Source: Gracilinanus agilis (taxonomy: Eukaryota). Taken from it: DNA of 63,871 bases. The DNA is taken from contig NC_058132.1 in NCBI RefSeq assembly GCF_016433145.1, forward strand, positions 36,023,604-36,087,474, in the 5' to 3' direction. Shown here one piece after another: positions 36,601 to 51,600 of this stretch (position 1 is its first letter; every line of letters starts with the position of its first letter). The position numbers were made by a program, and so were the translations under genes. Below the pieces are notes generated by a model, which did not search any database, was not told the origin of the DNA, and saw nothing but the letters and a program-made list of their open reading frames with translations.

Positions 36601-39600
36601 AAAAGATGGGCAGGTGAGTGTAAGGCCAGGGCTGAGTGGCCACCTCATTTTAAGTCATTAAGGATGTACTGACCTTCTCGATCTGAGATTCTGCTTGCAT
36701 CTCTCTCAGTGCTGCCAGTTGTACTTGCAGAACTTTAACTTCTTCTTTCTTTAGTTTTTCTGCTTCTTCTGTTGCTTTTCTTTGAGCCTATTTTAAAAAT
36801 CCCATTAAAGAGTTTTTAGTGTTGTCTCAGAAAACAGGATGCAATTACCAACATAAAAATATATTCTACTGGTACAACCGATACCAGACTATTGACTTCC
36901 TCTGGGAGGAGGAGGAGGGGGAGAGGGAAAGAGAGAATCTGAATGGCAAAATGTCAGAAAACAACTCTCAAAAACAGTTTCTGTGTGTTCTTACTGTTTC
37001 TAATGTTCACAGTTTATATAATATTCACTTCGACAAATGATGCATTCAGAGAAAAAAGTTGGAAGAATGACTTGTGTGTGTCCACCTTCAGAGAAAGAAC
37101 TGATAAGCAGAAATAAGCAAGACAGAGTTTTGTGTACACATTTATCTTTTTGTCAAATGATGCCTTCTCTAGTGTGGAGAGGGGAGGGAGGGAGCTACCT
37201 AGGAATTTTAATGTAACAAATAAATAAGTAAAAACCAAAATAAAACTGAATAGATAGTACACAGAAAGTTTACACTGTGGCACTTGGAGCACCCTGTATA
37301 GTAGCATATGTGTGTGTGTGTGTGTATGTAAATATATATATGTGTGTGTGTGTATCAAGTGTTCAATATATATTTGTTTTATGGAAAAATATCTAAAATA
37401 GTGAATGTCCCACATATGGACTTTGACACAGCTCCTCATATATTTTTTCCAGTTGTAGATTCATGCTCCTGTTATTTGTTTTGGAAGACTAGGCAGTGAT
37501 ATTCAAAACTGACACTGACCTCCATAGTAATTGTAGTTCCGCCATCAATTTTTGCAAATCCCTCAAAAAGTGTCTTATAGAGAACATTCTTGCGAACGTT
37601 GCCATCATCTGCAGGTAGGTACTCTAGAATTAGGGTTCGATGCTTCTTATACATGTCCAAAATAATTTTAATAGCAATTTCTCGTATTTCAAAGATTCTG
37701 TGCTCTAGGGCACTCACTGAAAACTAGAAACAGAGTACATGTTTAGATGGAAGGGACATTTCAGGTTCTCATCCCCTGGGCAATTATTTCAAGAGTTTTG
37801 GAGCTGGCTCCTCTACACTCTCACACTCTTGTTCTCCAATTGCTGGTAAAAACACGGCCTTGTATATCAGTTCCCTGTTCAAGCTCCACAAGTGGCTCCC
37901 CACAGATTATCATATCTCTTCGGTTTGACATTCAAGGTCCTTCACAATGGGATCCCAATTTACTTGTGTCTCCAATATTATTTCCCACTTCTGCTTTACA
38001 TAAAACTGAAGCAAACTCATTATCTCATTATTCCCTGAAGATACCACATGTACTCCCAAATCTTTGCCTCTGCTTATGCCGTTCTCTTTTCTTGCATCCC
38101 TTTTTTCCCCAACTTATTTGTTATCCTATCTCAATTAATTGCTATCTCTAATTTGAGGCCTTCCCACCTCCTTTTCCTCAACCTCCTATGTGTCCCAATC
38201 TACAATAATCATGCCTCTTTTCTCTAAATTCCCAGGGCACTTTTTAGTTAATTACAATCAGCTGTCATAAGCTACCTTGTCCAGTTCTTAATTTTTATAT
38301 AAAACAATAATAAATATTTTGAGGGATTCATGCTCTGGGAAAGAGATAGTTGAATTGACTTCTGAGGCTTCTTTTGATTAAATAAATCGTCAAATGGCAG
38401 CAGTTCTTACCCGCATAACATTATCCACAGTAAATCCAGAATTTTCAGTCCCCAGGTCTTTTAACAAACGTGCCAATAAGTCTGTTTGACTCATTGCTAG
38501 ATGAGTCGAAGAATTCTGTTTTAATGGTTGAATTAAATGTGATGGAATAATTTGCAGAGGCTTAATTTCCTTACACAAAGCCAGTTCCTACAAAAGAAAG
38601 ACATAATTCATGAACTATACTAGGAAATCCTAGCTGTGATTTTATGTCAGTTTAGAAGAATTTTTATGATATACCACCCAAGAAACATCAGAAAAATAGG
38701 AAATTGTGAGGAAACCAGCTGGTTAAGGGCCAGAAGTTTATTATACATTTGATTAAGTAAATCAAAACCCTAAGTGTAGTAATTGACCTGATCATTTGAG
38801 GATTCATTTTATCATTTAGGGTATCAGGAAATATGAATCTTTAATAGAAAATTTAAGATTTTTTTGTTCCTATCATTGATTGTTCTCTTTATAAAATAGA
38901 TTTGATAAATGTTAATAAATTTAAACCACGGCAGCTTTGTTGCTAGTATTCTTACCATTAGACGTTCAATGCCAGTGAGGGGGTATAGCTTTGTGACTTA
39001 GTATGATTACTAACAGGATGAGTAAAATTAAAAGTAATAGTTATGAATGAACATGGATAAAAACTTAAGTATTGTTATTTATGACACTCACATTTATATT
39101 CATAATAATCATTATTTTGTAGAGAAAGAAAATTTATTTCAATATTGGTTTGTCAAGGGCTCACCCTACGCAAGGCATTTTGTTAGGTACTGAGCTTATG
39201 AAGATGAAAAATCAAGCTGGCCCTGGGACTTCTGAACTGACGTATAACTAAACAACTGTAGTACTAGTATGAAAGCAATCAGGCACATAGGAGAAGCCAA
39301 CCAGAGAGGGAGAGAGATTCGAAAGTGAGAAAATCACTTCTTGCTTGGGATCAGGGAAGGCAGAACTTGAATCATGAAGGAAAAGGATTTCAACAGACAG
39401 AAACTAGGGGATGCTTCATTCTTAGAATGAAGGTGGATGAAGCAAGGGAAGAGAGGCTGAAGAGAGATCAAAGCCCAGGAAGGTCTTTGAGCAGGGGCGT
39501 GCCATGACTAAGATGAGGTGTCAGAAGAACTGTCATGGCATGGACGGTCTGAAGATAGGAGAAACTGAAAGCAAGGAGCCTGGGCGGGAGGCTATTCTAA

Positions 39601-42600
39601 GAGCTAAAGAGGGACTGATTTAGAGGGCTAGCAGTGAGAGTGGAAAGAATGGGACGGACTAATGAGATACGATGGAAGGAGAAACAGCACAACTTGGTAA
39701 CTGATTGGATGTGGGAGGTGAAGTAGAGAAGAGAATCAAGAACAGGCATTCAACAGAAGAATGATGTGCTGTTACTGGAAATAGGGAACTTTAAGAGGAC
39801 ATCTGGGCTCTACACTGGGCTGCTTTTAATGGAGAGTGTTAAAAACTGGCGATTTCAAAAAAATCACTGCTGAACTTTGCCCTCCTTTTGTGTTTTTGCC
39901 TACATGAATATAAGGATTGCTTTTTTCTCCTCCTTTTAAGCCGATGTTACAAACCTGATTTTAAAGCAACAGCAGCTGTATTTATCTTCACAATTCCTTT
40001 CAAGTAGATAATTGGAAACCTATTCTCTAAAAGTTAAGAGCGCTCTAAGAAAACTCACAACTTTGGAACAAAGCTAACAAGGTCCCACGATTTTCTTAAT
40101 AGTGTCAAAAAATCAAAAAGCCCAGGTCAAAATTTATTTTTTCCCCTTTGCCCAAAGGCTGGATATGTGCCCACAGTAAATAATCAAAAGTCAATGACTC
40201 AAGTGATACCCTCCCGGGAATGTGCTTAAACCTTGTGTACACAAGAGTGGCTGCTCCATTTTCTCACATTCTGTGGAGAAAATGGTCTGTAATCCTCTAG
40301 TATTTGGGTAAAAATCACTCTCAGTCAGTATGAAAACAAGCAATGCACTGTCTGACTGTCTGACTGATTATGTGTTTCCCTCTCTCTGTCTCTCTTTCTC
40401 TCTCCCCCTTACTTTCCATCTTAGACTTAATACTATGTTTTTGGTTCCAAAGCAGAAGAGAAGTTAGGACTAGGAAATCAGGGTTAAGTGATTGCCCAGG
40501 GTCACACAGCTAGGAAGTGTCTGAAGTCAAATTTGAATCCAGGACCTCTCATCTCTAGGCCTGGCCCTTTATCTACTGAGCCCCCATGTGTTTTATTTCC
40601 AATACAGTTTTCCCTGAGGTTTGCTTCGAGACTGCTAATAGGGCTAGACCAAAATAGATAATTTAAGGAAAATGAAGAACATTTTGTGCCACTAAGAGTC
40701 GACTCTGTGTCAAAATCACAGTTACTTCTGGGTCTGTGCCTTCTCCCTGTTTTTCTTCCAGAAACACAATATTTATTTAACATCTTTAGATCTTCTTTTC
40801 TGCTTGGCACACTGATGATGAATTTTTTACATCTTTATTGACAATGACTTAAAAATTTTTTTTTCATCTCTGGCTGATATTTTCAAAGTCAACAGTAAAT
40901 GTATTTCACATTTGACAACAGTCAAGAGCAGTTTCAGCAAGACAGTTATTAAAATAATGGCTTACATGCACATGATCTTCAATGTGTGTGTCACCCTTAG
41001 CTCTAAGAAAAGGAAGATTTTTACAGGTCCTGGGTTTCGGGACATCACACAGTAGAGGTCTCGTTTTTTTTACATACTTATTTAAATTTTCACCAGCAAC
41101 AAATCTTGAATACTTGGGCAGCCTAGTTCGTGCAACTTTTGGTTTAATGCTGGTGAAAAATAAAGTTTTTTTTCATAGTCCACATCTTTTCATCTAATAA
41201 ACATATTCTCAGCAAAGGTTTATTTAATGCTTCCTTTTCTATTAAGACAGAGAAGACTATACAATGTCAAAGTCATAAGAGTCTTTCAGAAACCTTAGCT
41301 CAGAAGAGCCAAGCTAGCATGAGAAAAAAGCATGAAAATAAATTTTTAACTATTAAAGATTGTGTCTCTTAACTGGTCAAACTGAATGTAAATCCAGTAT
41401 AATTTCAAAGATAAGAATCAAAGAGATTCATTGTAAAGTATATGAATTTATTACAAATGTTAAAAGATCACATGGGGGGCAAACCTCTCAGTACAGTTTT
41501 CTTTAATAAAACTTCAAAAAACCCCAGCCTTCTACTGTTTAGAAAACAAATCTAATGGGACAGGTGGGTGACTCAGTGGATTGAGAGCCTGGCCTAGAGA
41601 TGGGAGGTCCTGGGTTCAAATCTGGCCTCAGACACTTCCCAGCTGTGTGACCCTGGGCAAGTCACTTGACCCCCATTGCCTAGACCTAACCACTCTTCTG
41701 TATTGGAATCAGTACTTAGTATATTCTAAGATAGAAGGTAAGGGTTTTAAAAAATTAAAAAAATATATTTATAGTTTTCAAAATGGTCTGGTTAAATTAA
41801 CCATCAATTATTTTTCTAATTTTCCAGTTAAGGGAAAATAGTATGCAGAAGTGACTGAGTAAAGCATCTTATTCTGTCTTAGCTCACATTTCACGACAAA
41901 AGTTAAAATGGCATATTTAGGAGTACTAATACTCTCAATAAACTCGTATTTCACATACATACTCTAGTAATTCTTAGCCGAAGATAACTGCAAAGAAAAA
42001 TCATTAGTAATTACTCGTATAGCTGATAGGTGAAGAAATGACCCCATTTTACCAATTACATTTCCCATGTGCCACAAGCAAATCTAGCAGAAATGTTTGA
42101 GTGTTCATTTAAAGAGGTCCATTTCTGTGACTTTCTTGTGGCACATCACCTGTTAGAAGGTGTTTTTTGGTCCAGATCTGATTTCACCAGTGTAGCGACA
42201 AAGTATGAAAACCTTGAAGACGCCGATGAACCATGTCCCTGACTTAGTGGTAGTGAGCTGCCCGGAGCACTGAGAGGTTCCCCAGTCCTCGTCACCCTGC
42301 TTTTCTAAGCAGGCTTCATCTCTTCCACATTTTTCCTTCCCCACCCAGCGTCCCTGGCTGGCGATGGGAGGCCCCAATGGGGCAGCACATCCCACTCCCA
42401 GCTGATGTGAAAACAAGCCTCCGCCTGGGCTAGCCTGCAGCTGCTCCCGGAGGAGCCCCGGAGTAGGCTGTCGGGCCGTCAGCGCTGAGCTGCACGAGGG
42501 GGTTTTACCTGAATGAAGTTCGATGCTATGATGCGGAGGCGAGCGGAGGAGTCCCCGGTTCTGGTCAGCAGATTGGGAAGGGTCTTCTCCACGGTGATGG

Positions 42601-45600
42601 AGGTTTCTGGCTTACCAAGCTTGTGTTTAGGAATGTATTGTGTGATAATCATCTTTAATAATTTCAGTGATGTCTGAAAGACCTTCGTAAAACAACAAGC
42701 AGAGACACGTGCGTCAGCTCCTGCACTAGCAAGACCAGCATCCCAGCTAGGAGTTTGCTTCCATTCTACAGGCGGCTGCTAAGTCCTGGGCCGGGCCCTG
42801 ATGATGCAGAGATCAAAAGGAATGGCCGCAGCCCTCCAGTTTGCCCTTTGGGAGAAGGCGGGGAAAGTCAGCATCGGAATTTATGTCCAAAACAAAATTC
42901 AAGTAGCGGGAGGCGAGGGCAGGAAAGCCCTAGCAATAACAAGGGGAACCAGGAAAGGCCTTTGGAGGTGGCGGCACTGAGGGAGCGCCTTGAGCTTTAA
43001 GAGCGGAGAGGGAGACCATTCCAGACATGGGGCAACCTAGGCAAAAGCATGGAGATGGGAAACAGAATGTGATATAAATCATTTGAGGAAAAGCTACAGA
43101 CTGTGAGGAGGGTTGAAAGGGCCACATTGAGGGATTCAACCATCCTCTTCCTTCTTAAGCCCCTCAATCTTTTTCCTTGATCGGCTACGAGAACATTCCT
43201 TTTGTGCTGCCTCATAAAGGATGGTGAACCCTTGTGGGCACAGGATCTGGCCACTCATTGTGTCCACCCAGACTTGGAAGAGTTTCAGCGCTTTCTTGAA
43301 AGGCCTTTCAGATTACTCAGGTTTCATGAAAATAAAATACAAACCGAGGGACAGCTGGCTGGCACAGCGGTTTGAGAGCCAGCCTAGAGGTGGGAGGACC
43401 TGGGGGCGAATCTGGCCTCAGACACTTCCCCGCAGGTGAGCCTGGGCTCTTACCACTCTTCTATCTTAAAGATGATACTAAGACAGAAGGTAAGAGTTAA
43501 AAAGAACAACAAGTTGACCATCATGCTGTTATGCAGGAACCACATTTTTGTAAATTATTAAATGGGATGTGCTTTAGGCAGTATGGAGAAATCCAAAACT
43601 ATTTTGATGATGTTGTCCAACTCGAGATTTAAAAGGACTCCAGGAAAGGCTAATATCTCAGTCTTTTTACCTATAATTATGGAACATTCTTCTTTTTTCT
43701 CTTTTTTAAAAAAAAAAACCTTTACCTTTTTAGTATCAGTTCTAAGGCAAAAGAGCAGTAAGGGCTCGAGACTGGGGTTAGCTGACTTGCCTGGGGTCAC
43801 ATACCGAGGAAGTGTCCAAGGCCACATTTGAACCCAGGACCTCCCATCTCCAGGTCTGGCTTTCTATCCATTGGGCTACTAGTTGCCCCCTTATATTTTT
43901 TAAATACGAGGAGCATGCTGGTCTCAGAGAAGCCTGACTCTTAAATATGTCATTACCCTCAAGCCAAGAACTATCCATTCACATACTGTTCAATCTGGTC
44001 TGGTGTCTATTATACATAATACGGTCTATTATACGGTTACATTGAGAATAAGATGCCATATTTGCATAGCGTTAGTGAGTTCAGTTACTTACTGAAGGTA
44101 CGAGGTCCTTGATGGCTCTTCTTATCAGAAAGACAGCAGCTCTGAGCAGGTTCTTCAGATCTTCCTTTGGGGTCCCAACAGGTGTTGCCATTAATCTGTT
44201 ATACAATGAAAGCAATGCATCTTCTCGGTATGACCAGGTCTTCGAATAAGCTCCAGCAACCTAATGCAAAGAGAAATTCTCATTTTTTAATATAAAATGA
44301 AAAATGAAAATGGTTGGTTACATTTGCAGAAGAATATTGTTTGAAGTTCCTTTTGTTTATTAAAAATATTTCGAGTAAGAGGTTTCAAAATAAATGAATG
44401 AAGCATTTAAAGCCTAGGAATACCAATCATGGAATTACTACAGGATAAATATATATACTGAAAAAAAGAAATGTGAAACAGGAACAACAATAAATGAAAA
44501 GCTTTGCTACTAAAAAACAAAATTAGCCTGTCATGTCATACTGAATGGACAGTATTAAAAGCCCCATCAAGAGACGTATTTTAGAAAACAAAAACCTACA
44601 AAAATCCAAGAAGACCATTTCTAAAGGGAGAATGCCTTGCTTTTAATGGTTTTTCTTTCTCTGGGAGATAGGACTACAGTTGACATTTTCACTACTAGAA
44701 CGGCTAACATTAAAAACAAATAGGTATTCATTTTGAACAGAATATTCATATGTACGTTCTTAAATTTTAGTTTCAGCATCAGATAATTTCATGTACTTTA
44801 TAATGAAAACACTACTATTGATGAAGGGATTTTACAAGTCAAATTAACATTCAAATGTCTAAGATCAAGCTTTATAAGGACTTTTGGTCTTGTTTCTTTT
44901 TACCAGAGTTTCTCCCAGCACGTCTATGGTAGAACTGGCTTCTCTTAGTGCTTTCTCAGTTAAGGGCTCTGGCTCTCCTGCAGTGCTGCCTCTTGGAAGC
45001 AGATCTTCTTCAACCTTCTCGGGCTCCACATACACTTCTCCTTGTTGCTTAAGAACAGCTGGAAGAGGTCTTTCATCATAAGGCAATAAATCAACCTGAA
45101 AATGAATGAAAATAAAATGATTTTAAATACCTCATATCCTTTGATCTCCTGCTCTGCGGTTTCTTCTCTATTCCCTCACCCTCGGATTTAGTGCTCTCTA
45201 AATAAAGGTCATATCTGAAAGATCATTCCTTTTAAGCCATATCTGATATATGGCATAGCAATACTATTAGAATAATTCCTTCATATGACTCGACTCAGAA
45301 AAAAAAATAGATAATGGCTTTATGTCCCTAACACCGTCTACGTGTAAGAAAGGTGGTATAAATTCTTCCTGAATTATTATTTACTTACCATTAGAAGTAT
45401 AAGTTCAACAAGTTCACCAGAGTGGTGTCAAAGTAAAAATTAGCTGACAATGACAAAGTCTCTATTTTTTTCTTGGTAATGTCAAGCTATGTCTAAGCTT
45501 GGGGATAAACAGCAATTATGAGGTTCATATGCTTTAGTATATTCATTCACTTGCTGGCCTAAAGTGCCCATTTAAAAAAGGAAATCAGAGGCTAAACAGA

Positions 45601-48600
45601 CAGCTTTCAATTTCATTAAAGTATATATTTTTTTAACTCTTACCCTCTGCCTTAGAACAGATACTAAGTATTGGTTCCAAGGCAGAAGAGTGGTGAGGGC
45701 TAGGCAGTGGGGATTAAGTGTCTTGCCCAGGGTCGCCTAGCCAGGAAGTGTTTTAAGGCCAACTTTGAATCCCAGTCCTCCTGACTTCAGGCCTGACACT
45801 CTATCCCTGTGCTAGGTAGCTGGCCCATATAAAGGACTTTAATATTAAGAATCTACTATATGTAGCTTTGGTCATGTTATTTCTATGTTAATGATTTAAT
45901 ACAGAAACACCTTGCTGGCTCATATTTTCAAATTCATTTCTATTTATAAAACAAATCTGACAGTTATTTACATCAAATGCAAATACTATTTATGATGTAT
46001 ATGTAATGAGAAATATTGACATGGTTAGAGTAGAGGAGCTCATGGGATGACAAATTTAAGGCCAAAAGGACTGAAAATCAGCTAATCCATCTCCATCATT
46101 TTATGGGTGAGAAAATGGAGGCTTTAGAGAAATACAGTGACTTGCTCAGGCCACCCAGGCAGTCATTAGCAGAGCACGATTTGAACCAAGGTCCTCTGTC
46201 TATAAGTCAGAGCTCTTTCTACTACACAAATAATATAGATCAGTACTTTTAAAAAAATTATTTTTTAAAAAACTCTTTAACTTCTCTTCTAGCATTGATT
46301 CTTTTTTCCTTTGCTTTAAAAAAATTATTAATAGAAATAATTTCTAGGTATATCTCAGTCCCTCCCTCTCCTCCCTACATCATAGAAGGCACCATCTGGC
46401 CAACAGATATGTACATATAATGTCTTTTGTGTTTACTTTATTCAGTTCATTCTCTGGAGGTGAATGTTCACAAATTATTCTTTAGATATTATATCTGTAG
46501 CTGTATATAATGTTCTCTTGGTTCGACTCATTTCACTCTTCATTATCTCATGGAGTTCTTTCTAAGATCTAAAAAAATTAATCTGCTCATCTATCACTAT
46601 CACATTCTCTAATCAACAGACATCCTTTCCATTTTCCTGGTATTAGTTCTAAGACAGAATAGCGGTCAGGGCTAGGCAGTGGGCGTTAAGTGCCTTGCCC
46701 AGGGTCACACAGCTATAAAGTGCCTGAGGCCAGATTTGAACCCAGGACCTCTGGCTTTAGGCCTGGTACTCTATCCTCTCCACTACCTAGTTGCTCCAAT
46801 ATAGGTTAGTATTAAAGAAAAGAGTACAGAGAAGTTCACAAAGAAATCTGAAGAGGCAGACATGAAAGATAATCAGTGTTTTGGACTTGACCAGGAGAAA
46901 AGCTTCTGCTTCAGGGCACACACTGGCCCTGGCCTGGCACACATTCCCGTGGAACATGGACTAAAGGAAATGGGCTTGAAAGCAGGGGGTCTGGGGGGTC
47001 TGGGGAGGGTTCCTGCGGCTCCCTGGAATTGGGATGGGTCTGGCTTCGAGCTACTCACATTGATCTTTGAAAGAGGATCTGAGGCTGAGAGCGGCTGCCC
47101 GACGGCGGCTTGCATTTTAACATTTGGAGAACTGTGAAGCTGAGACTTGGAAGGTTCCACGCAGGGTTTCTCTCCTGATTGCTCCTCACGGTGCAGCAGC
47201 GACTGGGAAGATTTCTGCGGGCGAGGGCTACTAGAATGGACCATAGGTGCCAGGGGAAAATCGAAAGGCTTTCGAATCTACCAAGAGAACAAAGAAAATT
47301 TGAAGTCTTCCTCTTCACTGCATAACAACTGTCTGTAAGGGAAACACTGGCCAGAGCAGCTCCAAGACCGAACCCTCAGCCACACAAAGCACATTAAGGG
47401 CCATTCCAGTTGTGTCCTCACAGTGCTGGCTATCCAAATGGCAGCACATATGATTATAAACTGATTAATTTGATTAAACCAGAAGCTTTTTATAAGCACA
47501 GGCCTGGAGATTACTTAGAGGAGCCTTCTAGTTTTTATTTTAGTTGTTTGTGAGCCTATTCGATCCTCCCCTCCCACCCAGTGCAGACGGCTCAAGGCTG
47601 GGGACCCCGTGTGTTATGCATCTCTCTCTCTGTCTTCACAGAGCCATAAGCATGCCAGGTATTTTTAAAAGTGCATGTCAGGTGAATGAAGGAATGCCTT
47701 GTTAAACATTTGTGTTAAAATCTGCTTAAAGCCTGTGAGCTCCATCTGTGTAATGCCTGCCCTGGCAATCTTGACGGTCCTGATTTGTCGTTCGGGCCCG
47801 CAGCTCACCATCTGGGAATCCAGGAGATCGTGAAGCTCCAGCTGCTGGTACACCTTGGTGCGATACTGCTCCATCTGCTGCTTCTTCTCTTTGGCCAGGT
47901 CATAGTCTTCTCTCTCCACAGCACAACGCTTTTCCACATCATACCTGCCGAGGCGCTCCCCAACCTGGAGGCAGAACGTTCACTTCTGATTTCAAGTTTC
48001 AATTTAGCGAAGAGGCCGAGGCTATCCCTCTGCAAATATTGCTCACACTGCAAGCCAGGCTGTTTTACGACTTTTAAAAACCCTCAAAATCACCTAAATT
48101 TCACCTTTAATTTGCATTAAACCCATTCTTTCTTCTGATGACCAGAACCACAATAATGGGGCATCTTATTAGTATAGCCTGACATACGGTGGACAAATCA
48201 GTAAACTTTCGATTTTTGTAAAGAATTTTGATTTTTGTCTGTCCAAGTAACCTGGATTTTTGTTTACATGTTCATATCAACTCATGAGGAGCAAGCTAGA
48301 AGCATGCTAACCAGGTTTGATTATTTGAATTTAAGAAGAACTCTGACACTAGCTGTGCAGCCTTGGAAAAGTCACTTAACTTGTTTGCCTCAGTTTCCTT
48401 ATTTGTAAAATGGAGATAATAATAGCACCTATTTCCCAGAGTTGTTGTGAGAATCACATTTATGCCCGACACATAGTAGACACTTTATATGTGTTAGTTA
48501 TTATTATAATTATAATTATTATATGACTAAAAATTCCAAAAGATTGGGTTTCAGGTAAGAAAAAGTATTGTATTGATCAGGCTAGTAATTACTAATAAAT

Positions 48601-51600
48601 GAATTGGTCAGTGATCAAAGGCAAATTCATTCAGCTTCCTGAGTAATTAAATACAATCTTGGAAGTTTATTATTTAGTCCTTCCCAAGATATCTCTAACT
48701 GGCGAATATTTAATGAGAAGGCAGGCTAATAATTTGTAGTCCCTCTTTGGTTTTTTCATGGTGATGGGGAAAGTCAAATGCCTGGTCACAGGATTCCAAT
48801 ATCTTCACTGATCTAGATGAAGAAATCAGGATAAGCCTGGTTTAGATTGGCCTTCCTAGTTTATCCCAATGAATGACTCAAGGATGTTGTCATTCTTCTT
48901 CCTGAACACATTTGGATTAAACTAGTTTTTGTTTACTGGACAAGATGGGGCTTAAAATCTCAATCCTAATTACCCCAGTTTTAGAAGCTCTGGGATAGGG
49001 AATGTGAGAGCATCTCTAGGATTGTCAGGACAAAGGAATGAGGAAGGATGCTTGAAAAATACTGAATCTTATTCATTCAGAGCATTATTCAGAAACAAAA
49101 ATGATATAGCATTAGGAATAAATCTTCTCCTTTATAATTCTTTTCTTCCTACTCAAGTTACCTTTTGTAGATCAGCAATAGCCTGTTTCAGTTTTTTCGC
49201 ATGATCATAGCGCTCCTTTTGGACAGCTTCTCGTTTCCTCTCATCTAACTTACGGATTATTTGTGCAACTTCTGGATCCTGGTACATATCAAAGGCTAAA
49301 TCATCCAGGGGAGAAATATAGTCGGGTTTCCTGAAGGAAAAACAGAAAATATTTTTAAAAAGAATTTTAATAATCCTTTCAGTGTTACCTATTAAATATT
49401 AAATAAAAATACTTTGTATGATAGAAAGTGCTAGATATGTATGACTTACTATTGCTATTGTTCAATTCTAACTGGTGCTCAATATTGTCATAGATTTAGG
49501 GGATAGGAAAGCAGTATAATACAGTCTCCACTGTCATGGAGTCTATTATAATCTTGGGAAGCCAAGGATAACATAAATGAAGCAATTAGAGAATAATAGA
49601 TATGAAGAGTTGATAAATTGAGTGATATAGGGTATAAATTATGGTAGGAAGTCATAGGCATACTGGTCTTAATTTATCTTGTATATTTTAGCAACCCAAT
49701 CAAGCCAGGTTCTTGAGAAATATTCCCATCTAGTTCCTTCTTCATCCTAGACCAGCATAAATGGTTGTATTCTACACAATCAAAACTCTTAAAACAAAGT
49801 TAAGCCAGCGGTTGCTAAATTTCTGCTGCGGCTCACATTCCATGGTGCAGTGAAAAAAATATGGGATCTGAAGGCAGAGGACTTGTGCTCAATCTTGGTT
49901 TTGTCGCTTATTACCTTTGTGACTTTAGGCATGTTGACCTGATAATAACAATACTGGCCTATTCTCTTCCTAGAGCATGTAGCCAAGACATAACAGAGAA
50001 TTTCTCAAGCCTTAACAAAATCGAGAACAACTACCCATTTCTGGTCATTCATATGAGTACAAATGACACTGCTAGAAAGAACCTAAGAAGTACTGTCCAT
50101 GATTATCAAGTATTAAGCAAAAAAATGAAAAGCATAGAGCAAATGTTGGGATTTCTTCAAAGCTGCTCAGTGGAGTCAAGAAATGCAGAAAAGAAAAACT
50201 GATTTGGAAAGTTGTTCAGCTGGCTCAGAATATAGTGTCTAACAATGGGATTTAGACTGCTGGACAATTGTCTAAAATAAAGAGATGACAGACTCCTACT
50301 TAAAGATGGGATTGAGCTGATAGGGACCCGGGATCATGTATTTTTCTGAAGTACTGCAAATCTATTGAAAAGAACTTTAAACTAAAAAGGACAATGGGAG
50401 GGGGAGAGAAATGTCTATATATATCTTCCAAGTTAGATACCAAAAACAATAATAATGAGGGAAGAATAGTAGTTGAGACAGTCAGTAGTTCATAGGAAAT
50501 AAAACCCAAGGAAGGATCTGGTAGTAAACTCATGACCCCAAATGTTTACATACAAATGGTTCATTTAGGATTAAGCAAAAGGAATTAGCAAAGAAAAAAA
50601 TTGACCTCATAAATAGCAGCAAATTGTCTCTAGATCAAAATCATGATGCTGTAATCGGGGATATGTTATTCCAAAGAAATAAAGTTTCTAAAAAGGGGTG
50701 GGTGGGATGAAGTAGCTTTACATATTATGATTAGATTATGAAGAAATCCAGGAACTCAAGCATGGAAGCATGGTGGAAAGCAATCATGTGAAAATTAACA
50801 ATGGTGGGAGAAACAAGATATTTTGTTGCTGGAATATCTGAATGGAAAGAGGAAATAAATGAAGAATTTGGGAAATGGATCATGTCTGACACAGAAGCAA
50901 GATGCAATTGAGAAGAAACACTTCAATTATCCAGACATCTGCTGGATCTCTCTTTCTCTGCTAAGAGCAGAGCAACTATTTTATTGATTTGCTTTAGTTA
51001 TAATTTCATCCTTCAAAAGCTAGAGGCACCAACAAGGGGACTTTTTCTTCCAGACTTGATTCTAATAGCTGCTTGGTTGTAAATGATGGGATTTCTAGGG
51101 GAAAAGTGACTTCTCTATCCTAGAATTTGTACCAGAGGAGAGAAGAGCTGATCCTAGTCTGACATTCATGCCAGCTTTGGGGAAAACTGATTTCAAAGGG
51201 GCCCCAAGAAGGACAGGGAGGAGTTCATGTATTAAATTTCTGCAGGGAAGTTAGTCGAGGAGGGAAAGAAAACTGACAAAAAGGAAATTCTGAAAAAGGG
51301 ATTTGTCTCAAGTGGATACTCAGGGATCTGACTAAACAACCTAGATTTTAAAAAAAGAAATGGACACAAGAGGGAAGCAAAGTAAGGCAATAGGATAAAC
51401 GGCAAAGTGTGCCAAAGCTTTGTAAAAATAGCATCTGGAATGGTGAAGCTCAGAATGAGTGGATGCCACCAAGAGAGGTTAAAGGCAAAAAGAAGGTTTT
51501 TTGGTTTTGTTGTGCTTAGGAGAAAAGGGAAGCGCAACAAAGGGATAGAACCCAAGTTTGGAGCAGACAGGACAAAGATGTCTGACAACATGGAGAAGGT

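Noticed and set aside
40810-40880. TGATGA ... CTGA spacing resembling a C/D snoRNA
   Set aside because: Antisense to the host gene, no terminal stem, low-complexity interior
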